Positions 46,809-61,429 of a DNA stretch of 64,000 bases are shown here, one piece after another. How positions within the stretch are numbered: position 1 is the first letter of the stretch; each line of letters begins with the position of its first letter. Origin of the DNA: Lama guanicoe (Eukaryota); the NCBI GenBank assembly GCA_013239625.1, contig MU054323.1, positions 9,579,186-9,643,185 of the forward strand, in the 5' to 3' direction. A program made the position numbers and the translations under genes. Below the pieces are notes generated by a model. That model was not told the origin of the DNA, did not search any database, and worked only from the letters and a program-made list of their open reading frames with translations.

Positions 46809-49800
46809 AGCAACAAGTCTATCTTGATTCAGTATGGCATTCACAGAGGGGAACCCGAGGTCCAACTAGAAGCTGGGATAGTCCTCATTTCAATAGAGGC
46901 TCTTGGTATGAAGCAGTGTGAATATCATGTAGCCCCATTCTTCCCAGTCAGCAGTCCAGGGGTTGACTTTCCTGTATAACATTCCCAGGGCGGAATGGTT
47001 ACCCTGTTTTTGCTTGAACTCCCGCAGCGATGGGGAACTTACCTCCTAACAGTGCAGCTGGTAACATCCCCAGGCAGCTCGCTCGGCCGGAGAGTTCACC
47101 CTTACACTGGCCCTTCCCTACACTGTGTCCCGTCTGCTTACTGCTTCTCCCTCCACTATCGCAGCAGAAGATGGCCCTTCCCAGTTCCTCACGGCTCTTC
47201 AGAGATTTGAACGCAGTGAATGGGTTTCTTCCTCTAGAAGGAAATATCATGGGGTTTAGCAGAAGGAAAGAAATCCAGCCCTGTCAATTCTTGTGGAAGC
47301 TTTGCCTTGAATCTCAGGCCTGCTACAGAATGGCTCTGCTTTCCTGACTTCTCTATGGACATGCACATGGGCCCAGGGCAACGGTGTGGTGGGTCTCTAG
47401 GCCCTTCGGATGGCAGACACACAGCCTTGCTGGCTGGGAAGGCCTCATTCCACTGTCTGTGTCCTGGGGGAGCACTTTGGGTTCCCTAGAACCTGGAGAA
47501 AGGGACACGACATCCTATAGAGAGCAGTGTCCTTGGAATTTGACCCCCTGGCTCCATGTCCTCGCTTTACCACTTCCTGGTTGGGATCCTTTAAGCAATT
47601 TGCTTAAACTCTGGGCTTTACTTTTCTCCTCTATAAAATGGGCAAGTATCTTGTTGTCTTGTTATGAGGATCAAATGACACCACGTATGGGAAAATGCTT
47701 TGTCAACCAAAACACACTCTACAAATGAGTAACCAACTTCAGTGATGGGCAAAGGGCTTGCAGGGCTCAGAGCTTCTTTGGTCTGGGCCTCCTTAGGTGG
47801 GGAGTGTCTGGAGCAGAGTTGGTTTTAAGAGGACTTTGGACTCCTCCTCAAGCCCTGTGGATGGTCCTCGGCCCCTCAGGGGCTCCCCACTGTGGGGATC
47901 AGAGCCCCCCATCCTGCATGACCCTGCAGGGCCCCTGTGCCCATGTCAGAAGGAGCAGACTCCAGCCCAAGTGCCTCAGCCCTGCTTTGGAGACCTGGAG
48001 AGAGCAGGTGAGCGTCACGCAGTCGGGGTTTGAGGTGGGGGCCAGGTGGGAGGTACAAAGCAGGGCCCCCTGGCTTCTAGCTGTTTCTCCTCACCTCTCA
48101 GGAGACCCCAGGGCTGCCTGCCCAGAGCCGCATGTGCACAGCCGTTCATTTAGACAGAAGTTAGCTCTAATTCCCCAATAGAATGGGCTCATGAGAGAAG
48201 CAATGGAGTGGCTGGGAGTCGGGGCACAGCCTGATGACAGTGGAGGAGTATGAAGTGTATCATCTAATCCATCCTCGCTGGACAGACGAGGCCCCTGAGG
48301 GGCAGGCTGCCTCAACTGCCTAGCGGGGAGCTGGTTTGCTGTGTTGGGGACTCCTGTGTCCCAGGCCAGGGCTCTTTCTGGCCGCTTCCTTGGCTCTCTG
48401 CAGACTCTGTGCCTACAGCCTGAAGCCCAGGTCTCCATCCCTGCTTCTAGCAGGCCCGGGCCCATGACTGGGTAGGGATGGCTGCCGCCCTCACCCTCCT
48501 GAAGTCACAGCAGCAGAAAAGCCAGGAGCCTCCACAAATAGCAGCATGTCGCCACCCGCCGAACCCCAATCCGGTTTATCCTGAGTTGGCAGAAGCACTG
48601 GTGAGATGTACTTCCCAGGCGGGGCTGGGCTGGGCAGCCCCGTCCTTCCTCATGCCACACACTGCAAATAAGGGGGGACCCTGGTGAGGAGGAAAGTGAG
48701 GTCTGGATATCTTGGGGAGGGGTGAGGTGGGTCTGAGGAGCAGCTTTTTGGGGCACATCCCCACCCCAAAGTGGGAGCGCCCATCCCAGGGAGCAGCAGC
48801 TCAGGCCAGCAGGGCCAGATACAGGGCAGGTACCCATCTGCTCTGCTCGGGCTCCCCAGCTATAAAGCAGGGACAAGTCCCATCCCTTACCTGCCTGAGG
48901 GGACACTGAGCAGGGGTGAGATAATGTCTGCACACCCCAGTCCTCCCCGGGGGAGGCCGCCTCTAAGCACACATCTATGTTTACTGCCTAGAGCTCTGCC
49001 TGGCTCCCTCTGGGGGCCCTGCTGCTCCCTGGCCCCTGAGACACGGGAGCCTGGCCAGTGGGCAGGCCCCACAGGCCCATCCTAGTCCTGGCTGAAGGAG
49101 CGCCGAGTGCCCAGCCCCTGGCTCTCTGCTCCCCCCACACCCCCGCCAGGCCCTGGGCCCGGATTAACTCCTCACAGCCCATTGTTCAGGGTTCAAGGAG
49201 CCGCCGCCCGCTCCTGGCATTCTGGTTCAACCAGGAGTCTGGGCGGACAGGCGTGGCCAGGCCTAACGAGCAGGGTGTGCCCGGAGGAGTTGTTAGGAGC
49301 CGGGTGACAGCTGTGGGTAGGTCCCCACCCACGGCCGGTGGGCGGGCCAGCTTGCACAACAGTCACCTGTGCTGGGGGCGCCACACCGTCTTCTTGCCAA
49401 GTGTTTATTTCTAAAAAACAAATACCCAACTTTGGCGGTGGGGTGGAGAATGTTTCTAAATATTTCAAAGACATCATGCCAATACTTTTTAACCCCCAAA
49501 TCTATCATATTAGAAAAGCTGCTGCAAGTTTGTAAGATTGCTTCCAACTGCAAAGAGGGTGGAACGTCAAAACCATAACTGGGTTCGTGTCTCCCTCAGC
49601 CACGCCCTTCCCCGTGATTTTCAATAGGAAGGGACCTCTGCAATCACTGGGCAATTGTGGGCAGGTGGGCCTCCCGCCGTGGCCGTCCTCCAAGCCTCTG
49701 TGAGGATGGGCCCTCTGCTGCCTGCCGGCAAACATTACTGCAGCTTGCTGCCTGTTGTCCTTTCCTGGGTTGAAACATGCTGGCAGGAGGGTGGGTTCCT

Positions 49801-52798
49801 GGGCCTGCCTGGTTTTCATGTGTAGGGCTATCACCTAAGATCTCCAGCAGCTCATGGAGTTTGAGACCAAACCAGTCCTCCAAGTAACGGCCATGTGGAC
49901 CAAGATGCTGTGTGTCTTTCTGTGTCTTCAGTGGACCATTTCTCTGTTTTCAAGAAGCCGATTGCCTGCCTTTGAGCAGAGGTTAGTCTGGTGGGTAGTG
50001 GGAGGGGGCCTGTCGAGAACGGTGCCCGAGTGCGTGTGTGTGCACTGGGACTCTGGCGTTCAGGGTCCTGCTGTCAGCTGGGAGGTTTGCAGCTTAGAAA
50101 CTGGGCTGTGGAATCAGAGGCCTTGATGGGAAAGCGGTGGGGAAGACAAGGGCAGATGGGCCTGAGAAGAAAAGTGCATTGGTAGCAACGTGTTCTGGGT
50201 GCTGCTGGGTCTGGCCGCACAGTGAGAATCTGGTGACACCAGTCTCCCAGTGGGGTGGGGCCTAGAGTAGAGGCTGTTCCTCTAGAATCCCTTTCCAATA
50301 TCATTAGCTCCCAGGCCACAGCTAGGGCATCTGCTCAAAGTCAGCTGATCACCATTTCTGTCATCAGACAGCTTTGCAGTGTGCTGTGGCAGGCTCTGAG
50401 GGGACCAGGAGATCAAGCGATCCTTCAGAGAATCCAGTCAGCATGACTTCTGGTCCAGCTCAAGCCTAGAGCTCTCTTCTGATCCCCAGACCCTGTCAAG
50501 CCGCCCACCTGACACCACTCATCCAGTCTTCGCAGGGCAGCAGGTGAACACCATCGCCTCTGCTGAGAACACCTGTGGAATTAAAAACAAAATGCAAACC
50601 TCGTCTCTGCCTCCCACCCAACGCCCCCTCAGTCCCTGTGCTCCAGGCGCAACGGCTCCTTCAGGCCCTGGGACGTGCCAGACACTTTCTTCCATCCACC
50701 TCTGCAACACACTCTAATTGCTACTCTTACCTCCATGTTTCCAACTTATTTCAGAGAAATTAAAACCCTACCTTCCCTCTTCTGGGGAGCATTCCCCATC
50801 CCAGCTTTTAAAATCTGTCTCAGTGGAGGGAGTTCCTGTCTCCAGCAAGGGATAGGGGATGTTGGAAGGATCTGGAGCTTAATTGTGGGGGCGGCAGGAG
50901 ACAGCTATAAAGGGGGTGGGGTGGGTCAGAGTAGAAAACCTAGAAGTGTCTTCAGCCTTATGATGAGACAGGTCTACGTTGTGATAAAGGGAGCCAGGTA
51001 AGGGGACAAGGGCTATGCCTAATTCAGTAGGAGAACTCGAGCAAGTCTGCTCCCCATTCTGAGCCTCAATTTCCCCAGTGACAAAGTAGAAATGATGAAC
51101 CCCACCTCTCAGGGTATTATGGGGACCAAATGATTAGGAAAAGTTTTAACATAGACCTAACTGTAGGGGATGCTGAATAAACGCCAGCTCTCTCTCCCTT
51201 TCTCCAAAGGCCGGAGGGGCCCCCAAAGAATTGATGTCCTCCAGGGCACTCAGCACAATGTGGGTGTGGAGGGCCTGGCCATCAGGGCTGATGGAGACTG
51301 TGAAAGCCGGGTGTTTAAGAAATTGCCAGCACCGTGGCCATCATGCTCGTCTCTTAATTAGCCCGAGTTAATGAACCGCATGATTCATGATCCCCTGCTT
51401 CTCCATGATGCCCTTTCTGTTTGCCTTCCTCCCTCCTTGGCCTGACAGCTGCTGCCACCTCCATTCCACCGTCCACACCACCCACAACACAGCCACGCAG
51501 CAGGCCTAGAAGTCAGCCACATGCAGGGGGAGGGTGTCGGTGGTCCTTGGCCCCCTGAGCCCCCAACCCTGCCCCTGTCTGGCTCTTGGACTGGTTGAGA
51601 CAGAGGGGAGTCCCAGCCAGTGCTGTAGAAAGCCCTGAGTGAGTCCCCCAACACAGATGACAGATGACAGACTTGGCAAAGGCCATACAGGGTGTTCGGG
51701 GCAGAGTCCAGGCTAGCGGGCTGAGGCCTCCCGGGGCAGGGGTGCATCATGCTCTCCTCACCTACTTCCTTCCTTCAGCCCCGCTGTGCACAACTGAGGC
51801 AGGGCCTTGTCCTTGTATGTACAGACCTCTAGGGGACTGGCTAGGCCAAGTTCTCAGAAAATGGGTTCCTGGGAGAGGCCTCCCGAACCTTCCAGCTCCA
51901 TCCCTCTCTGTCCTCTGGGGAGCAGAGGTTGTCAGATACCGAAGTTTAAAGGTTCCACCACATTCCTCAGCCAGAGAGCAGGGCAGCCCTACCGAGAGGC
52001 CCTCCGTCCACGTTGGCACTCACTTCTCCACTGCCACCGGCACCTTCCACGTCCACTGATTGGCCTTGCCTCTTTTATTTTGAGGACCACATAAATGTTA
52101 TGTTAGGAAATTAACTTGTTTGTGTTTGACTCCTCATGAGGAAGGTTTGTTAGGCTGTCTGTGGTAGCATATTTTACTTGTTTTTATAAAATTGTGGTAA
52201 AATACACATGACATAGAACTTACCATCTTAACCGTTTTGAAGTGCCCAGCCAGTTCAGTAGTGTTCATACATTCACACTGTTGTACAACCAATCCGCAGA
52301 ATTTTTCATCTTGCCAAACGGAAACTCCAGACCCATTAAACCCAACTCCCCTTTTCTCCCTCTCCTCTGGCAACTGTTTTCTTTGTTTTTTGTTTTATTT
52401 TTATTTTTATTGAGGTATACTCTGCATACGGTGAGATGCATAGATCTTGAGTGTAAAATCTGATGAGTTTTGACAGAAGTGTACATCTGTGTAACCACGT
52501 CTCCAAACAAGATATAGCGTCTCTCCATCACCTCACAAAGTTGCCTTACTCCCGTTTCTTTTCTCTCTTTTTAAAACCAGTATTCTTAACTATAATCACC
52601 ATTAGAGCCGCAAGACTTTTCTATCACTCCCCACCCCCGACCCTGAGGCAACGGATGTTCTGATTTCTATCATCATGGATTAGTTTTGCCTGTTGCAGTA
52701 CGTCACATAAATGACAGCATACCAAATGCACTCTTTTGTGCTGGCTTATTTCTTTCAACATCATGTCGCTGAGATTCATCCTTGAGCATTTCTGAGGA

Positions 52799-53082
52799 CA
52801 GGCAGACCTTGGAGATATCGCTGCAGATAAAGCAAATAATGCAATAAAGCAAGTCACATGAACCTCTGGTTTCTCAGTGTGTGCAAAAGTTATGTTTACA
52901 CGATACTATAGTCTCTTAAGTGTGCAATAGCATTATGTCTAAAAAACAATGTACATACCTTAATTAAAAAGAACTTCAGTGTTAAAAATTGCTACCCATT
53001 ATCTGACAACACAGGGTTGCCACAAACCTCCACTTTATAAAAACACAATATCTTCATAGCATATGAAAATGAGGTATGCGTG
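52799..53082 (-). mobile_element. Internally deleted Tigger1-type (Tc1/mariner-pogo) element
   Basis: TIRs CAGGCAGACCT...AGGTATGCGTG with TA on the right flank. Internal cagggttgccacaaacct and gtgtgcaatagcattatgtctaaaaaacaatgtacataccttaatt. Confidence 0.85.
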
Positions 53083-53667
53083 TAGCTTGTTCATTTCTAT
53101 TGCTAGGTAGTATTCCAGTGTACAAAGATACTACAATTTGTTTATTCATCCACGCGTAGATGGACATTTAGGTTGTTTCCAATTCTTGTTGCTATGACTA
53201 AAACTACTGTGAACAGTTTTTGGGCAAGTTTTTTGGTGACTATATGTTTTTATCTCTCTTGGATAAATGCTTGGGAATGGAATTGGTGAATCATAGGGCA
53301 GGTGTATGTTTAACTTTATAAGAAACTGCCAAACAACTTTCCAAAATGCTCAGCTCTTTTTATGTCCCCACCAAGAATGTCTGAGTTCCAGTTGTTCCAT
53401 GTCCTCACCAACATTTGGTATTGTTGTTCTTTTTAAGTTTAGCCATTCTAGTGGGTGTAAAATGTGATTGCACAGTGGTTTTAATTTGCATCTGCTGATT
53501 AACACAATGACGTTGAGCAATCTTTATTTGTTTCTTGGCCCATCTTCTTTTGTGACATGTCTGGTCAAGTCTTTTGTGCTCTTTTATTTATTTATTTTTG
53601 GTCTTTTTATTATTGATCTGTTGGTATTCTGTATATATTCTGGATACTGTAACTTTGTCAGATATAT

Positions 53668-53914
53668 ATATAATTTTATATATATATATAAATTTTTATT
53701 GAAGTGTAATTGATTTACAATGTTGTGTTAGTTTCAGGTGTACAGCAAAGTGATTCAGTTATACATATACATATATTCTTTTTCAGATTCTTTTCCATTA
53801 TAGGTTATTACAAGATATTGAATATAGTTCCCTGTGCTAGACAGTAGGTCCTTGTTGTTCATTTATTTTATATGTGGTAATGTGTGTATGTTAATCCCAA
53901 GCTCCTAATTTATC
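53668..53914 (-). mobile_element. Short younger L1 3' end with TSD, nested in an old L1
   Basis: Tail decayed to (TA)n. Flanks are ACTTTGTCAGATATAT (53652-53667) and ACTCTGTCAGATATAT (53915-53930). Confidence 0.88.
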
Positions 53915-56900
53915 ACTCTGTCAGATATATGTTTTGTGAATATATCTATGTCAACAGGCTCGCCAATTTTCTTAATAATGCCTTTTGATTTTTAAAAACT
54001 TTTGGTGAGGTCCGATTTATCGGTCTTTTTTTTTTTTCTTTAATGCTTTGTTTTCTGTTACCTATTTAAGAAAACTTTGTCTTCTGAAAGGTCATGAAAA
54101 TGATCTCCTCTGTTTTCTTTGAGAAGGTTTATAGTTTTAGATTGTCTGTTTAGGTCTACAATCCATATTGAAGTATTTTTTAAGTATGATGTGAGGTAAG
54201 GGCCAATGCCCATTTTTTTTATATACGAATATCCAGTTGTTCTAGCCTCATGTAAAATTAAAGACCTTCCTTCCCCGTTGAATTACCTTGGTGCCTTTGC
54301 TGATTCATCAGTTGACCACATGTGTGTGGATGTCCTTCTGGATTCTGCTCCCTTGATCCGATTGTCTTGATTACTGGAGCTGTACAGCAAGTCCTAAACC
54401 GGGTAGTGAGGATCCTCCATGGGGCAGCTCGGTTTTGAAACACCAACCCATTCCCTCCAGTATTTGTGCTCTGCCCTTTTCAGCGCTCAGGCGGTGCTGT
54501 GCGGCTTGCCAAGGGGAAGTGACCACAATCCCGAGATGCAGAGCAGACGAAGAAGGGAGCCTTCCTGGCTTCGGCTGTGAAAGCCCACGCCCTCTGGGGA
54601 GCTCAACGTGGTAAAGAGCAGCTCCCCCTCCACTTCTAGTCAACAACCCTCCTGAGACAGGGTTGAGCGCCCCTAGGCTGGGTGGAAGGAATTACAGCGA
54701 CCCTGCACACCCTCCGCTGGGGTCAGGATCTCAGGGAGGCAGGGCAGCCTTGCAGAACCTCCCCTGTCTCTGATGGCCCAGGGCAGCAGAATGAATCCTG
54801 GACCCTCACTGTGGCCCTGGGGGAGAGCTGCACCCTGAACAACAGCCATCCCAGCAGAGGTATGAACAGTTACCCCAGTGCCATGGCTCCCTGCAAACCT
54901 CCCAGAAAGTCAGTCCTGGCCCTAAGAAAAAGGGGAAGGGATCATGAATTGGCTGTGATTAACATCCCGCCACTCTGGTAGTGAGGTGTCATAGCTGAAT
55001 TATAAGGAAGGAGAGAAAGTAATAGCTCTTAAACATCCATGTTTCTTGCTCAAGTTTTCCTCTGCCTTATATAGAACTTCTAACAAATGACAAGTGACAG
55101 AGCCTAATGTTAATAAAGAGTGAAGATGGGGGAGAGGAGCTGATGGGGAGGAGTCAGGGGGCATCCTGGCCAATCTGTTTGCCTGCCTCATTTAGGTTTC
55201 ATCTCCTGGGTTTAGGATCTCAAAATGTCACCAAACAGTCCATCCTCCTGGTATGTTCTTCTGAATTCTTGTTCCTCTGTCCTGAAAGGTCTTAATAGTC
55301 CTTCCACTTTGTGTATCGCTCTTTTTTGGAGCCATTCAAAGGACATCATAGTGGGTCCCAGACACCTCAGGATCCTCGTGGAGCAAAGCTTGGAGGCGAG
55401 CCCCATCTCCTACACCGAGGCTCAGTGTGAGGACACGGTCTTGTTCTGGTTGCAGAGAATACTGAGGTGGGGCTGCCTCGTGCTTCACAGTCCTGGCATT
55501 ATTTTCTGCGCGTCCATGTCCTGACTACGCCCACTTTAGGTATGGGGAAACTGATGCTTCAGCTCTATTTATTAAGTGCAGGACAGGCTAGTTTGCATGT
55601 TGTTTTGCTTATAACAGCATGTCCCGCTTCTACCTTAACTCCAAGAATGTAAAATACACATTTCAAAACGCATTGAATTAATGCATCCCTCTGCTGGGAT
55701 CTCATTTCCACCAAATGTTCAGAAATGGGACTTGTGGAAAATGGAAAACAGACCAAAAATATTTGCTTGACTGGCACTGTGGAGCAGGGTGTCCAGGAGA
55801 GTGTAAACACACACACCCACTCCGCATACGCACCCTGCAGGTTGGGCCCTGGATTAGGGCCCTTTCAAAGCAGCCAAGGCTGGGCTGCCAAGTTCAGGGT
55901 TGCCTGGGGCCTGGCTGTGCTGGGTTGAGGCCAGGGGTGATTGGGTCAGAGAAACATAGTGTCCTGGAGCTTAGTGAGAGCCCCTGCACCCACTGCCTAG
56001 GCTCCCCAGAAAGGGCTGGGGTTGTCACCCCATGCTGAGAAAGCCGGCAGCACCCAGGGGTTGGCAAAAGAGGGGAGAATTGGAAGGACTGCTGTCTCGC
56101 TGCTGAGGAAAGCCTGCTAGGGTCCTGTGGCCCCTTCCCCCAGCAGAACTCCTGGCACACATCTCAGTGGCCCTGCTCAAGGGAGCATTGAACTCATTCA
56201 CCCTCCCAGCAGTCGGGCCATGACGTGCATGGGCCTCTTACTCATCCCGAAGTCATCAGTCATGTTTCCAGGAGTATGAGTAATTCAGGGAGGGAGGGGA
56301 GGAGAGGACTCTCGGGTGGGGGTGAGATGATGTTGAAGAGGCAGTGTGGCCCAGAATGAGCCTTTGTCCTTCTTGCTCCAGAGCTGGAAATGCTACTCTT
56401 TTTGAGAAGCAATACACACTTAATCTGCTGCAAAGGGTGGAGGGTGTGCATGTAGAATGCTGCCAGTTTAAGGAAACTGGAAACCGAAGCAACAAGGACT
56501 TCTCCCTTCCATTCCTGGGTAGCTGAGAAAGTGTGGTAGCCCAGAGCAGGTACCTTTTGGACTTATTAATAGAATATGAATTTGCATTGGTCTAACACAT
56601 TATTCCATTTATCCCTGTGAGGGAGCTGAAGCTGAAAGGTCATGTGAATTGCTAACGTCCCACCGCTGGGAACTATTAGAGCTGGGATTGGAACCCAGGT
56701 CCCTAGACTAGTCCATCATCTTCATCTCTGGATGGTGAGGTCTGGCCCTTGCCAGGCTTTTGACTTGTTTTCCTGCAAGATCAGCTTTCCAGAGCTAGGC
56801 TCAGCCTGGACCCAACAGTTGGTCTATATCACGTTCTCACAGAGCAGTGGATGCTCCTGGGGAGGTTCAATTCCAGATCACTTCCCCCTCCTCCTGCTAT

Positions 56901-57577
56901 GGGACTTGGCTGCTTTCAGGGTAGAAGCTTTGCTGAAGCATTAACAGGTGGAAAATCCAGGAGACCACATGTAGGATGGAGAGTGGGAGAGCCGGCCCGC
57001 CCAGACTGTGAGAGGTGACCAAGGGTCCTTCTGGCCCAAGCTTGAGGAGCCAAGCCCAGCGGTGAGGCACGCCAGCTGTGGACTGCCTGCGAAGCTGGCG
57101 TCTTCACCCTGAGCCTGAGTTTCTTATGTTTCCCATCGTACCTCTCCCCAGAGAAAGGATGGAATACATCCTTAATTCCCTGGAAAAGGAAACCCTGTGG
57201 GAAATACACCTGGAAAAGGAACCCCTACTTTGTGAGCACCTACTACTTTTCCAGACATTGTGCTGTGTTTCACATGTACTGTCTTTTGGGATCTTCACAA
57301 GAATTTCCTGTGCAGCAGGTAGCATGATCCTCATGACACTGGCGAGAAACTGAGCTTGCATAACTTGGGCTGCATCACCCAACTAGTGATGTAAAGGAGG
57401 CAAAATCTGAATCCACATCTGACAGCTCAGCGCCCTTCCACAGAATCATTCTGCCTTAGAAAGTCTGCAACAGCACAGGAAATATAGCTGAAACCACCTC
57501 ATCTCGGGGCTAACCTCAGATTGCCATCAAAGGGAAAGCCGTTGTCACGGGAGCATGGCTTCTTGAGACCAGATCCT

Positions 57578-57947
57578 CTTATCAGCTGAATTGTGTCCCT
57601 CCACTCCCCAATCCATATATCGAAGTCCTAATGTGATTAAATTTGGAGACAGGGTCTCTGAAGAGGAAGTTAAGTTAAAATGAGGCCATATGGGTGGGCC
57701 ACAATCCAATGTGCTGGTGTCCTTATAAGAAGAGATTGGGACACAGACACACACAGAAGGAAGACCATGTGAAGACACAGGGAGAAGGTGGCTGTCTGCA
57801 AGCCAAGGAGAGAGACTTCAAAAGAAACCAGTTCTGCAGACCGCTTGATCTTGGACTTCCTGCCTTCAGAACTGTGAGAAAATACATTTCTGTTTAAGCC
57901 TCCCCGTCTGTGGGACTCTGTTATGGCAGCCCTAGCAAATTAATTCA
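57578..57947 (+). mobile_element. MaLR solo LTR, MLT1B-like
   Basis: gctgaattgtgtccc...gtccttataagaagag...ccatgtgaagacacagggagaagg...agaactgtgagaaatacatttctgtttaagcc...gttatggcagccctagcaaattaattca. Confidence 0.88.
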
Positions 57948-60900
57948 GAGCCCCTTTACAAAATTCTCTCTGTGTTCCAGGCCCTGCACCCAGCAGGCAC
58001 AGAATCCACGTTTGTTGATGGGTGGAAGAAAGGAAATGCCTCTCCAATAGGCAGAGAGAATTCAAATTTTGATTTTTGCAACCAGCCTCTGCCCTCCTGT
58101 TGAAACTTCCTGTTTCTGAGGAACAGAGATTTTTTTTACAGATCCCAGAGGGCATCCAGTAAAACCAGCAGCAATTACCAAATAATTCTGGTTTTGATGA
58201 GCTCAGTGGGTATGAATCAGAAGCAGACAGAGTAGCGTTTCCCTTGAAATACACCCAAGGTTAAATGTTAGAGGGAGAAGCAAAAGTACGTTTGGGAATT
58301 TATCGCCAGCCAGGAAACATCAGCGGCGTTGGCACCCTAGGCCAGGTGGGAAAGGGCCTTCCTTCCTTCCTCCTGCACAGAACGGGAGCCACCATGGGCC
58401 TGTGGAAGGCCTGATGCTGTTGCTCACTCCAGGACGCATCTTTGCGGCTGTCTCCTGGGTCTCCTATTTGAAAAAGGGTATTCTGGGGTGAGGGTCCCTC
58501 CTGGGAGCCCTCATCGTCTTGGTGGGCTGCGGCCTAGATGATAACCAGGGTCCAACTACCCCAGGAGGGAGTCCTGGGAGCTTCCCCGGAGACGTGGAGG
58601 TTTGGGACAGGGAGGGAGTCTGGGGGTCCACACAGCTAGGCGCCCCCAGCCCCTGACTGTGATGGAATCAGATGGGGCAGGGGTGAGAAGGTCAAGGCGG
58701 GGCAGGCAACACATCACAGAGAAGCCTGGCTGCTTTTAAGGGCACCCCATGGAGCTGGTTGTGGCTGGGGAGAAGCTGTAAAACACCGCAGAGAGTGAGT
58801 TCAAGCAGGAGGCCCTAGGGGGGCCTTGTGGGGGCTGGGTTTGCAAGTGGCTAAGAGCAGGGACGACCTGGCTTCTGATTTTGGCTTTGCCATTTATTGG
58901 CTGAGGGGCCTGGGCAAACTCCATTGCCTACTGCACCTCAGTCCTTACATCGGTCCACTGGGGAAATCGGACCTCCCTCCGAGGGTCACGGGAGGGTGGC
59001 GTGGGATGATGAGTGATGAAATCTCCGGCGCAGGCCAGACCCCCGTGAGAGCTCCGTACAGGGCAGTCTCTCTCCTTAGCCAGCCAGTCACTCATCTATC
59101 AGAGTCAACTGCCCACTCCAGGGGCAGCCTGGCCCCAGAGGTGGTCTGACCACGCTGTCCTGGGTTTACACCTTCCGGAGGCTCCCTGTCTGGAAAGAGC
59201 ATCTCAGCTCCTTCACAGTCTGGCTGCCCTTCGTTCTTCAAGCTCAGTTCTCGCCACCTCCCCCTCCACCCTCTCAGGAACTACTTACAGTTCCTCAACC
59301 CTCCCCCCCTTTCCCGCCCTCTTGCCCCGCCTTCTTGCCCCGCCTCCCAGCTCAACCTCCGTGCCATCCAGCACGATGCTCCTTCCTCTGCCTGAAACTC
59401 CCTTCGCCTCCCTCCGTCTGGCTCCTGCCTACTCCTCCCACGCCACTCATCACAGACACCCCTTCCCTCCTGGGGGGGCAGTCTTTCCTGCCACTCCCTC
59501 TGAATGGCACCGTGCCCCCGGCCTCTGGTCACATCTCCCTCTGCCCCCTGCACATCTACACTCTGCAGTGGAGCTGTCTTCCCTTCTATGTCCGAGCTCC
59601 CAGGGCCTTCCAGTCCTCTCTCCCTCCCCAGTGCCTAGTGCGGTGTCTGAAACACAGTAACAGCTCAGTAAACAAGGGTTGAAAGACTTAATGACTTACT
59701 AAATGAATGACTTCTCCTGGATACGGGGGCCAGTCTCATAAATGAGTCACCGTGCCTTGTCCCCACCCACTGACCCGGGTGAAACACTCCCCGTGATGAT
59801 GTCACTAGTCACCCTTAATTCTCAGAATCACCCATGCTTTCTTTCTTCTCCTTTTGGTCCTATCTGCTTTTCATCCCCCTCCTCCTCCTTCTTTTCCTTC
59901 CTCCTCTGTCGGCAGCACATCTAAATAAGGCTATGCTCCCCCTGCCCGGGGCCAGCTGGGGTATTAATTGTCACAGTTTTCACCAGGTTACACTCTTGGG
60001 TATTGGTGAGAGAGAGTCATGATATCGATCCCCAGGTGAGCAGGTGGGACGGATACGATTCTTGCGGGACACCTCGAGTTAGACAGACACAGAGACCCTG
60101 CAGGAAATGTGGGACCCTGGTGCTCTTGAGTTAATTGAGTAGGACTCCCCCCAGGAATCTCAGGGCACATGGGTGAGAGAAGGAGGAGGGTGTTTGACTG
60201 ATACTTGGGCCAAGAAGAATGGGCATGGGGTGTGGGAACCTGGCAGGTTTGGTCCCTTAAAGCCTCCATATTCTAAGGCATCCCTGGTTCCGGTGTGGGT
60301 GGCGAGGGGGCACCATCCTGGCCCATACACTCACTCTTGGTAACCTGTGATCCCTTGGGGAGGGCAGTCATCCTCCTACAACCCAACTCAGACCATCAGG
60401 TAGACACCCAGAGGTGATGCTCCATCTGTGAGCCCCTGTCAATCCCAGGGGACACCTCTGCCCCTTTGGTCTCATTTTCCCTCCTTTGGCGCCCCCTTTC
60501 CTTTTGCCTGCGACTCCCCCCCACTTCATTAAATGTCATGGAGGTGTTTCTGGCTTAAGTTATGAGGCGCTGACCGTTCAGAACGTGCCTCTACACTGCC
60601 TTTTTCCAGCTGTGTACCTTTCCCATGAGAGTGAAGAAATAAATTAGGACCCTGGTTCTGGAAAACTGACATTTATAGAATCATGACAAGAACAGATGGG
60701 ATATTTATGACTCTTTAAAAAAAGTACCACAAACATCTGAATAGAAGGCAGCTTCTGAGGCTGGAGAAAAGTAAGATTATAATGAAAAAAATGACTGCTA
60801 CCTCATGTATCTGGTGGAAAATGTATAGCATGAATTGACCTTGAAGAGTTGATTTGTAAATAAGTAAAAGTAAGTAAACCCAATAAGGATAGATAAATCA

Positions 60901-61429
60901 AAGGATGCTGCTTGGTGGGTTCTTAAGGGGTAGAGGGGCACCAGCTGGTCGCACGTCTCCAGCTCCATCTTCTCACACTGCATTCCAGTCAACTCCTTGT
61001 CTGTTTCCCCACTGGCCAGTGAGCCTGGATGGCAGGGGCTTTATACAGCATCTCTCTCTCAATCCCTCACGCCTAGCCCAGGACCTGGAACTGTAGGTCG
61101 GGTGATCATATAATTTATCCTCCAAACTAGGACACTTGAAGGGTGAAAGGAAGCTATTAATCTTTATGTCAGGACAACAGTTGTAATCTGGGACTAATGA
61201 ATGAATGAACAAATGAATGAATGATTCTTTAAAAGGTTGAGGCTGTTGGCACTGAGGCATCCATGGCTTCCTACATCCACTGATGTCACTGTCAAGGAGA
61301 AAATTCACCTGCGTGTATTGTGTGTACCATAACGCACTGGTCCATCTTTATTCTTCTCTTGCAGACAAAGAGTCTCCCTCAGGCGATGCTCAGAGCCTCC
61401 TCCGCCGTGAGCTCTGCTCTCTTAGGTAC

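Larger units (their letters stand above)
52180..54400 (-). mobile_element. Composite old L1M block with nested insertions
   Basis: Several antisense L1 3' UTR and ORF2 segments, e.g. gtgtatgtttaactttataagaaactgccaaac and gtggttttaatttgcatctgctgatt. Confidence 0.85.

Noticed and set aside
58388..58414. Perfect Kozak GCCACCATGG starting MGLW, vaguely like the start of PLB1 (the downstream neighbour in human)
   Set aside because: Stops after 6 codons (MGLWKA*). No matching donor or further PLB1-like exons were recognised, so it is plausible by chance.
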